Assembly (NCBI RefSeq): GCF_029946145.1
Contig: NZ_JAQSDY010000012.1
Span: 178,806-242,805, forward strand
Length of the DNA: 64,000 nt
Origin: Brevundimonas sp.
Lineage (GTDB): Bacteria; Pseudomonadota; Alphaproteobacteria; Caulobacterales; Caulobacteraceae
Direction of reading: 5' to 3'
Under the pieces are notes generated by a model, which did not search any database, had not been told where the DNA came from, and saw nothing but the letters and a program-made list of their open reading frames with translations. This document shows, piece by piece, positions 28,335 to 35,705 of the stretch (position 1 is its first letter; every line of letters starts with the position of its first letter). A program made the position numbers and the translations under genes.

Positions 28335-30089
28335 TCAGGCGTCCTCTCGGGCGGATCGGGTTTCGGTTTCAGCGGGACGCTGCACCGGCGGCGGATCGGG
28401 AATGGTCACGGCGCCCTGGGCGGCGGAGGCCACCGAGGCGCGATATTTGGCGAAGACTCCGTGCGCCGGGCGGATCGATCGGGGGACGAAGTCCGCCCGG
28501 CGCTTCACCAGATCGGCGTCGACGTCGATCCGGCGGTTGCTGACGTCGATGGCGATGCGGTCACCGTCGCGAATGAGAGCGATCGGGCCGCCGACCGCCG
28601 CCTCGGGCGAGACGTGGCCGGCGACAAAGCCGTAGCTGGCCCCCGAGAAGCGGCCGTCGGTGATCAGGGCGACGTTGTCGACGCCGCGACCCTTCAGGGC
28701 GGCGGTGACCTGCAGCATCTCGCGCATCCCCGGACCGCCCTTGGGGCCTTCGTAGCGGATGACGATGACGTCGCCCTCGCCGACCGAGCCGTCCTGGACC
28801 GCGTGGAAGGCGTCTTCCTCGCTGTCGAAGACGCAGGCCGGGCCCTCGAACCGGTCGACCTTGTGGCCGGTCAGCTTGATGACCGCCCCGTCGGGGGCGA
28901 TGTCGCCATAGATGACGGCGTAGCTGCCGCGATCCATGACCGGGGCGGCGAAGTCGGCGACGACCTGCTGGCCCGGGGTCTCCTCGGCCTCGGCGGCCTC
29001 GGCGAACAGGCTGCGGCCGCTGACGGTGGGGGCGTTGACGATCTTGCCCGCCGCCGCCATTCGCTGGGCGACTAGCCGCGTGCCGCCGGCCGCGAACAGG
29101 TGCGAGGCCAGGAAGCGGCCGCCCGGCTTCAGGTCGCAGATGACCGGGGCGTCGACGCAGGCTTGGTGGCAGTCCTCGATGCCGAACTCCACGCCCGCCT
29201 CGGCGGCGATGGCGGTCAGGTGCATGACGGCGTTGGTCGAGCCGCCCGAGGCGGAGACGGCGACGGCGGCGTTTCTCAGGCTTGCCCGGGTGATGTATTT
29301 GCGGGCCGTGTCGCCGGCGAACACCCGCTCGACGATCAGCCGGCCGCAGCGCTCGCCCTCGGCGCCCTTGGCCGGATCGACGGCGGGCACGTCATTGGCG
29401 CCCATGGGCGACAGGCCCATGACCGTCAGGGCCATGGCCATGGTGTTGGCGGTGAACTGACCGCCGCAGGCTCCCGCGCCGGGGCAGACGGCGCTCTCGA
29501 CGGCCTGCAGCCCGGCGTCGTCCAGCGCGCCCGCGGCGTGGGCGCCGATGGCCTCGAAGATGTCCTGGACCGAGACTTCCCGCGCGCCGATGCGGCCGGG
29601 CAGGATGGTGCCGCCGTAATAGACCAGACCGGGGATATCCATCCGCGCCAGGGCCATGGCGGCGGCGGGAATGGTCTTGTCGCATCCGACGATGCAGATG
29701 ACGCCGTCCAGCTGGTGGCCCTCGACGGCCAGTTCGATGGAGTCGGCGACGACCTCGCGGCTGATCAGCGAGGCCTTCATCCCCGCCGTGCCCATGGAGA
29801 TGCCGTCGGTGACGACGATGGTGTTGAAGTCGACCGGCCAGCCGCCCGCCGCGATGATCCCGGCGCGAACATCCTTCGCCAGCCGGTCCAGGTGCATGTT
29901 GCACGGGGTGACCGACGACCAGGTGTTGACCACCGCGATCATCGGCTTGTCGAAGTCGGCGTCCTGCATGCCGGCGGCGCGCAGATAGCTGCGCGCGGCG
30001 GCCCGGCTGGGACCGGCCGTGACGGCGCGGCTGCGCGCATTCGGCGGGCGGCCGTCCGGTCCGGGGCGTGAGGTGAAATCTTGCGTCAT
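28335..30089 (-). CDS. ilvD: Dihydroxy-acid dehydratase
   Basis: [60 protein letters not shown]. Start ATG 30089. Confidence 0.97.
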   Translation of the reverse strand: MTQDFTSRPGPDGRPPNARSRAVTAGPSRAAARSYLRAAGMQDADFDKPMIAVVNTWSSVTPCNMHLDRLAKDVRAGIIAAGGWPVDFNTIVVTDGISMGTAGMKASLISREVVADSIELAVEGHQLDGVICIVGCDKTIPAAAMALARMDIPGLVYYGGTILPGRIGAREVSVQDIFEAIGAHAAGALDDAGLQAVESAVCPGAGACGGQFTANTMAMALTVMGLSPMGANDVPAVDPAKGAEGERCGRLIVERVFAGDTARKYITRASLRNAAVAVSASGGSTNAVMHLTAIAAEAGVEFGIEDCHQACVDAPVICDLKPGGRFLASHLFAAGGTRLVAQRMAAAGKIVNAPTVSGRSLFAEAAEAEETPGQQVVADFAAPVMDRGSYAVIYGDIAPDGAVIKLTGHKVDRFEGPACVFDSEEDAFHAVQDGSVGEGDVIVIRYEGPKGGPGMREMLQVTAALKGRGVDNVALITDGRFSGASYGFVAGHVSPEAAVGGPIALIRDGDRIAIDVSNRRIDVDADLVKRRADFVPRSIRPAHGVFAKYRASVASAAQGAVTIPDPPPVQRPAETETRSAREDA

Positions 30090-30130
30090 GGCGGGCGTCG
30101 GTTCCGGGAGTGGTCCGGACCGCGCGCAAC

Positions 30131-30159
30131 AAAAAACCCGCTTCCTTTCGGGAGCGGGT
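30131..30159 (-). terminator. Intrinsic terminator of the ilv/leu attenuator
   Basis: Minus strand ACCCGCTCCC-GAAA-GGAAGCGGGT-TTTTT (one mismatch, GAAA loop, U-tract), about 40 nt before the ilvD ATG. Confidence 0.9.
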
Positions 30160-30189
30160 GGCTGCGGGCGATCCTGAAGGGGCTTGGGT

Positions 30190-30288
30190 TCAGGTTGCGT
30201 GCATCCACACCGCTCCGGGGAGCAGCACAAGCGATACAACGAGAATAAGGGTTCTAGGGGCGATCAGGACGTTCGACTCGCGCGCCAT
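30190..30288 (-). CDS. ilvL: Leu/Ile/Val-rich leader peptide [32 protein letters not shown]
   Basis: 32 codons with an [10 protein letters not shown] run. An in-frame GTG at 30342 with a GGAG SD is an alternative start. GGAGCGG-T-GTGG is complementary to CCAC-CCGCTCC at the terminator 5' arm. Confidence 0.85.
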   Translation of the reverse strand: MARESNVLIAPRTLILVVSLVLLPGAVWMHAT

Positions 30289-30368
30289 CGCAGTCGCCGA
30301 AACGGCGATGGTGCGATCAGCGATGCGGGCGCTGTTGGCCACGTGAATCTCCAGTTCGATTGAAGACT

Positions 30369-30416
30369 ACCCACATTTTGCTGCGGTGCACAAGGTAGTT
30401 TCGCAACAATATTGCG
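30369..30416 (-). promoter_or_regulatory. Putative sigma70 promoter of the ilv leader with upstream CGCAA-N5-TTGCG palindrome
   Basis: TTGTGC (30393-30388), 18 nt spacer, TAGTCT starting at 30369; palindrome at 30402-30416. Confidence 0.4.
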
Positions 30417-30808
30417 CAACTTCGCAGAAACCTTGCTCCCGCCGCAAGAATCATCCCGAACGGGGCGCGGCAGTCTTTCCCGCGAAGGCGCCGCCATACG
30501 GAAATCGGGCCAGCGCCAATACGCCTGAGGACTCGGCAGCCGTCACGAACGTCCTGAGTCACAAATCGATGGGGATGTCGGAGAGGGTGCTGTTACCATC
30601 AAAGCCTTGCCACCCCAGCCGACCGAAGCTGAGGTGGGCGGGAGCTGCTCAGGTGCTTCCACTGCGCGCCCGCCGAACTCCCAATCAGGTTACAAGAATG
30701 GCGATCAAAGCCATTGGCGAAGGGATGGCCGCCTTGACGTTGCGGACAGTCATTGAGGCCGCGCCGTGCCACGGGCCGGATCACCCGTTGAGCGGGCCCG
30801 GCAGGCGC

Positions 30809-31462
30809 CTAATCCCGATCCGGCGCGCCGAGTGGAAAATATGAGCGATACTTCCGCCCTTCTTCCACCGCCCGCGCGAATGACGGTCGCGCCAGCAATC
30901 GCGTGCGATAGGCGCGAAGCTGAGGGTAGGCATCGCTGATCTGATTTACCCAGTCGCCGTAGAAGAGAGACGGCGCCGCAGCGCAATCGGCCAACGAGAA
31001 GTCGTCGCCGGCTGCCCACTCGCGCCCGTCCAGTCGCTTTTCCAGCCAGCCATAGGCCACGTCCAGCGCCCTCGCCGCATTCTCCGTTGCCTCTTGCAGC
31101 CGGTCAGGCGTCTTCCGTAGCGCTTCGCCTACCACCCCCGACGCGGCGTTCATCACATATTGATCGAAGAAGCGGTCGAGCAGTCGCACCTCCAGGGCCG
31201 TTGCAGGGTCGTCCGGGAGGAAACGCACTTTCCCCGGATGCTGCAGATCCAGATGCTCGATAATGATGCTGGTCTCGGCAATGGCGCGACCCTCATCGAC
31301 CAGAACGGGGAATTTCGCGATCGGCCAGAGTTTGGCCAGGTCGTCGCCCACCCCCGGCTCTTCCATATGTCGGTAGGCGAATGGAGTATCGTTTTCCCAC
31401 AGCGCCACGAGCACCTTCTGACAGTAGGAAGAGAAGGGGTGAGCATAAAGCGTCAGCGACAT
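30809..31462 (-). CDS. Glutathione S-transferase family protein
   Basis: HPFSSYCQKV, KFPVL (cis-Pro), AETSIIIEHL, FSLADCAAAP. Confidence 0.92.
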   Translation of the reverse strand: MSLTLYAHPFSSYCQKVLVALWENDTPFAYRHMEEPGVGDDLAKLWPIAKFPVLVDEGRAIAETSIIIEHLDLQHPGKVRFLPDDPATALEVRLLDRFFDQYVMNAASGVVGEALRKTPDRLQEATENAARALDVAYGWLEKRLDGREWAAGDDFSLADCAAAPSLFYGDWVNQISDAYPQLRAYRTRLLARPSFARAVEEGRKYRSYFPLGAPDRD

Positions 31463-31472
31463 CAGTGTTCTT

Positions 31473-31973
31473 TCATTTCATGAGTTTCGCGACGTGAGCG
31501 GCCAGTTTCGCCATGGTCTGCCCCCCATATTCGACAGCGCCGAAACCGATCGCCCAATCTCGTCGCGCTTTGGAGGGGTGCATCTGCCGGAGCGTCAGAA
31601 CGGTTTTGCCGTCCTCTTGCTCGTCGAAGGTGACGAGCATTCTGAACTTGTCGGGGTCGTTTTCCTGATCCGAACCGTGCTCGACTTCGATCAGCGCTGG
31701 CGCCACCATACGGAGGAACACCATACGGCTGCTGTAGCGGACGTCATCAGGAGCGACCATGTCGAACTGCCAGACCCCGCCCGGCCTAAGGTCGATTTCG
31801 CGGGTTTCGATCGACATGCCGTCAGGCCCGAACCACTCCTGGATTTGTTCGGGATCCGTCCAGGCGGAGTAGACGACGCTCCGAGGCGCGTCGATGACCC
31901 GAGCGAGGACGATTTCGCGATCGATGGGCCAATCCCGCCAGGGGGAATTGGGGGTTTTGAATGGGTCGACCAT
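31473..31973 (-). CDS. SRPBCC (AHA1/START-like) domain protein
   Basis: IVLARVIDAPRSVVYSAWTDP..IQEWFGP...IDLRPGGVW. Confidence 0.9.
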   Translation of the reverse strand: MVDPFKTPNSPWRDWPIDREIVLARVIDAPRSVVYSAWTDPEQIQEWFGPDGMSIETREIDLRPGGVWQFDMVAPDDVRYSSRMVFLRMVAPALIEVEHGSDQENDPDKFRMLVTFDEQEDGKTVLTLRQMHPSKARRDWAIGFGAVEYGGQTMAKLAAHVAKLMK

Positions 31974-31977
31974 GATC

Positions 31978-32313
31978 TCAATGCTTCCTCTTCATGCGTT
32001 CGATGTGGGCTTCCATACGATCCAGGCGGCTCTCCCAGGCAGAGATATGCTGGTGCAACCACGCCTCGGTGGCCCGAAGGGCGTGCGGCTCGATCCTGCA
32101 GGTTCGAACGCGTCCGATCTTCTCGGAGCTGATGAGCCCGCTTTGCTCAAGCACGCGCACATGTTTGAGCAGCGAGGGAAGAGCAAGTTCGAACGGCTCG
32201 GAAAGTTCGCTGACGGATTTCGGTCCGTCACACAGACGGCTCACGATCGCCCGCCGGGTCGGATCTGCGAGCGCCGAAAAAGCGCTATTCAGTTCGGTCG
32301 GAAACTTAGCCAC
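31978..32313 (-). CDS. ArsR/SmtB-family regulator (SRPBCC-linked type)
   Basis: FSALADPTRRAIV, SLLKHVRVLEQSGLI, KIGRVRTC, C-terminal WESRLDRM helix. Confidence 0.92.
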   Translation of the reverse strand: MAKFPTELNSAFSALADPTRRAIVSRLCDGPKSVSELSEPFELALPSLLKHVRVLEQSGLISSEKIGRVRTCRIEPHALRATEAWLHQHISAWESRLDRMEAHIERMKRKH

Positions 32314-32781
32314 GACGGAAAGTATCTAGTGACGCACGGCGTCGTCAAGAAAACTTTCACAGCCGGCTAACTTTTGGGCGGATGTCCGTCTCTTCAGTGC
32401 TGACTCGCGACGCCGCCCCGGTAGCTTCCGGCTCGGGAGGATCAGGCCGATCAGGAGGCGCCGGTGCGACAGGGATCGAGGTGCACTCGGCTCTCGCGCC
32501 TGTCCCGCTCCAGAATGTTCAGCCTGAGTTTCCGGGACACGGAGGCCGATTCGAAGCGCTCCGGCGCCTGCTCCATGGCCAGCGGTGGAGCCGGTGATGA
32601 TCACGGCCGACGGCGTCGATGGCGCCGCCCTCGATCAGCTGGATCTGCGCCATTTGCACAGGCCAGGTCGTCTTCGGGAGAACAATCGGGCGGAAATCTC
32701 CGATTCGACGACGAGAACGACGGCTGCCAAGCTGACAGCGCCGGCTGGACACAAGCGTTCGCGGCACGCGAAGATCGCCGC

Positions 32782-34602
32782 ATGTCGTCACCGCTTTTCT
32801 TCCTTGATCCTGGCAGCGACCTTGGTCTCCAGGATCAGGTGCGCCGGAAACTGGTCGACGCCGCCTGCGCCGGCGCGTTTCCGCCGGGGCGCCGGCTGCC
32901 CTCCTCGCGGGCCCTGGCCGCCCAGCTGGGAATCGCCCGCAATACGGTGACGCTGGCCTATCAAAAGCTGGTTGACGAGGGTCTGTTCATCAGCCGCGAG
33001 CGCAGCGGGATCTATGTCGACCACGACATGCTGCGCGGCCGCGCCGCCGTGGAGTCCGTGGCAGGCGGCCGGGAGCCGCTTCGGTCGTCACGCTGGACGG
33101 ACCGGTTCAAGACCGGGGAGGGGGACGTCCCCACGGCCCGCCGGGCGCCCAACTGGCGCCAGTATCCCTTTCCCTTCATCGATGGGCTGTTTGACGCCTC
33201 GCTGTTCCCGGTGACGGAATGGCGCGAGGCCAGCCGCCAGGCCCTGACGGTGGGCGACATCAGCCAGTGGTCCATGGATAGCGGCGACGCCGACGACCCG
33301 ATGCTGATCGAGGAGATACGCACCAAGGTGCTGCCGCGCCGCGGCATCCGGGCCCGGCCGGACGAAATCCTGATCACCGTCGGCGCCCAGCAGGCGCTGG
33401 CCCTGGTCAGCCAGATGCTGATCGATCGGGACAGCACCGTCGCCGTCGAGAATCCCGGTTATCCCGACATGCGCCGGCTGGTCGCGGATCGCGGGGCCCG
33501 GCTCGTCTTCCAGCCGGTGGATGACGAGGGGCTGGTGGTCGATCGCCGGCTCGACGATTGCGATCTGGTCTATGTGACGCCCAGCCACCAGTTCCCCACC
33601 GGGGTCATGATGACCCAGGCGCGCCGCGAGGCCCTCCTGAAGAAGGCGGCGTCCCGGGACATGGTCATCATCGAGGATGATTTCGCCTGCGAGACCAACT
33701 ACCTCGACCAGGCCTGTCCGGCGCTGCGCAGCCTCGATCAGGATGACCGGGTGATCTATGTCGCCGGCCTGTCCAAGGTGCTGGGGCCGGGCCTGCGGCT
33801 GGGCTTCATCGTGGCCTCGCCCGAGGTGATCGCCGAAGCCCGGCGGCTGCGTCATCTCGCGGTGCGGCATCCGCCCCTGAACAATCAGCGCACCGCGGCG
33901 CATTTCCTGGGCATGGGTCATTACGATGCGACCATGATACGGCTGGGGCGGCTGTTCCGCGAGCGGCGCACGGCGCTGCGCGACGCCCTCAACCACTACC
34001 TCCAGCAGTCGGTGGCCATTGCCCCGCTGCGCGGCGGCGCGACCTACTGGGTGCGGGGGCCGGACCACCTGGACGTCGAGGAATTCGCGGCCCAGGCCGA
34101 GCGGCGGGGGGTGCTGATCGAACCGGTCGGACCCTATTTCGCCGACGGCAAGGGGCCGCGGAACATCTTCCGCCTGGGGGTCACCAGCCTGCCGATCGAT
34201 CGCATCCGCGAGGGCGTGGCCGTGCTGGCCGACCTGATGCGTGATCTGCCGGTCGCCGCCCGGACCTTTCCCTATTCGGTCGAACAGCGGCTTGAAGGCG
34301 AAGCGCTGCAGGCGGCGATGTCGGGCTCGGTCCTCCTGTGCAAGACCATCTACGGCGATCCCTGCACCATCGAACTTCTGCCGGACGGTCAGATGGTCGG
34401 CCGCGCAGGCTATGCGAACGAGGACTGCGACGTGGGGCGCTGGTGGGTCGAGGGCGAGGTCTGGCGGCGGCAATGGACGCGCTGGTCCTACGGCGAGGTC
34501 TCCAGTCTGAGAACCGTCATCGTCGGCGACCGGATCGGCTGGTTCGACGCGGGCGGGCGGCTGCTGGACTCGGCGGTCATCCGACGGGCGGATACGGATT
34601 GA
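32782..34602 (+). CDS. MocR/GabR-family regulator (GntR HTH + PLP aminotransferase-like domain) with an extra C-terminal domain
   Basis: LPSSRALAAQLGIARNTV, GAQQAL, VENPGYP, YVTPSHQFPTG, IIEDD, GLSKVLGPGLRLGF, then about 110 extra residues. Start ATG 32782. Confidence 0.92.
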   Translation: MSSPLFFLDPGSDLGLQDQVRRKLVDAACAGAFPPGRRLPSSRALAAQLGIARNTVTLAYQKLVDEGLFISRERSGIYVDHDMLRGRAAVESVAGGREPLRSSRWTDRFKTGEGDVPTARRAPNWRQYPFPFIDGLFDASLFPVTEWREASRQALTVGDISQWSMDSGDADDPMLIEEIRTKVLPRRGIRARPDEILITVGAQQALALVSQMLIDRDSTVAVENPGYPDMRRLVADRGARLVFQPVDDEGLVVDRRLDDCDLVYVTPSHQFPTGVMMTQARREALLKKAASRDMVIIEDDFACETNYLDQACPALRSLDQDDRVIYVAGLSKVLGPGLRLGFIVASPEVIAEARRLRHLAVRHPPLNNQRTAAHFLGMGHYDATMIRLGRLFRERRTALRDALNHYLQQSVAIAPLRGGATYWVRGPDHLDVEEFAAQAERRGVLIEPVGPYFADGKGPRNIFRLGVTSLPIDRIREGVAVLADLMRDLPVAARTFPYSVEQRLEGEALQAAMSGSVLLCKTIYGDPCTIELLPDGQMVGRAGYANEDCDVGRWWVEGEVWRRQWTRWSYGEVSSLRTVIVGDRIGWFDAGGRLLDSAVIRRADTD

Positions 34603-34603
34603 G

Positions 34604-34673
34604 TCTGGCGCCAGATTGCTACTCCTGCGCGCCATGAGCCAGAACTGGCTCCATTGAAGCGTCGCCACTGGCG
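34604..34673. promoter_or_regulatory. Three CTGG/CCAG-type inverted repeats, candidate MocR operator
   Basis: TCTGGCGCCAGA (34604-34615), GAGCCAG-AA-CTGGCTC (34636-34651), CGCCA-C-TGGCG (34663-34673), between the MocR stop and the first operon gene. Confidence 0.45.
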
Positions 34674-34744
34674 CTATGTGACGATCTCCGCCGCCGTCAC
34701 TCTCCTGTCACAGGGTCCGGGAGGATCCGTGACCGGGAGACGAC

Positions 34745-35611
34745 ATGCGGCCGTTTGGTATCGTGGGCTTGCAGCTTCAGCTGGCCAAGGGCGACAACAC
34801 CGCGCGGATCGCCGCCGAGGTCGCGGCCGTGAAGGCGCGCATGCCATGGGTGGAGATGGTCGTGCTGGGCGAACTGGCGCTGTTTGGCGCCTCGACGGCT
34901 GACGCCCAGCCGATGCCCGGCGACGCCGAAGCGAAGATGTGCGAGGCGGCCCGGGCGGCGGGGGTCTGGCTGATACCCGGCACCCTGTTCGAACGGGACG
35001 GCGAGCGCATCTACAACACCGCCCCGATCATCGATCCAAATGGTCGCGTGGTGGATCGCTACCGCAAGATTTTTCCGTTCCACCCCTATGAGCAGGGCGT
35101 CTCCAGCGGCGATCGCTTCGTGGTGTTCGATGTCCCCGGCGTCGGGCGGTTCGGTCTGTCGATCTGCTACGATATGTGGTTCCCGGAAACCATCCGGACC
35201 CTGGCCTGGATGGGGGCCGAGGTGATCCTTCATCCGGGCATGACCAACACCGTCGACCGCGAGGCGGAGCTCGCCATCTCCCGCGCCAGCGCGGCGACCA
35301 ACCAGGTGTATTTCGTCGATATCAATGTCGCCGGACCGCTGGGCGTGGGACGGTCTGGCGTGTTCGGCCCCGGCGGCGAGGTGATCCACCAGGCCGCCTC
35401 CGGCCACGAGGTGATCGCCATTGAACTCGACCTGGACCAGGTGACCCGGGTTCGCGAGCGCGGCTGGCACGGTCTCGGACAGCCGCTGAAGAGTCTGCGG
35501 GACACGCCGATCGTGTTCCCGCCCTACGCAAAGGGTTTCCCGGCCTCGCCGGCGTTCGCCGGACTGGGGCCGTTGGAAAAGCCGCAGGTTGAACGGACGA
35601 AGAAACCGTAA
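34745..35611 (+). CDS. Carbon-nitrogen hydrolase (nitrilase superfamily amidase)
   Basis: Catalytic triad contexts VLGEL (Glu), YRKIFPF (Lys) and ICYDMWFPE (Cys); IYNTA. Confidence 0.92.
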   Translation: MRPFGIVGLQLQLAKGDNTARIAAEVAAVKARMPWVEMVVLGELALFGASTADAQPMPGDAEAKMCEAARAAGVWLIPGTLFERDGERIYNTAPIIDPNGRVVDRYRKIFPFHPYEQGVSSGDRFVVFDVPGVGRFGLSICYDMWFPETIRTLAWMGAEVILHPGMTNTVDREAELAISRASAATNQVYFVDINVAGPLGVGRSGVFGPGGEVIHQAASGHEVIAIELDLDQVTRVRERGWHGLGQPLKSLRDTPIVFPPYAKGFPASPAFAGLGPLEKPQVERTKKP

Positions 35612-35705
35612 CCCAGGGGCAGGATCCAGGACGCGGCCCTGGCGCGCCGAATGCGCCAGACAGAAAAAGCACAGCAGAGTCTGTGTTCAAGGAGGGGGTT
35701 TCAGG

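Noticed and set aside
26097-29075. 992-aa plus-strand ORF, and similar long antisense ORFs (24105-26087, 6838-8574, 33088-34668, 39216-41261, 44054-45580, 48245-49921, 51371-53074, 55740-57389)
   Set aside because: Shadow frames opposite well-supported genes; expected from high-GC codon bias and with no recognisable motifs.
30690-30760. VTRMAIKAIGEGMAA, faintly like a thioredoxin-reductase C-terminal FAD motif
   Set aside because: Only about 15 residues with no supporting flanks; it cannot be called a pseudogene without blastx.
32330-32780. Several small ORFs between the ArsR and MocR genes
   Set aside because: No recognisable domain or consistent coding signal in any frame.
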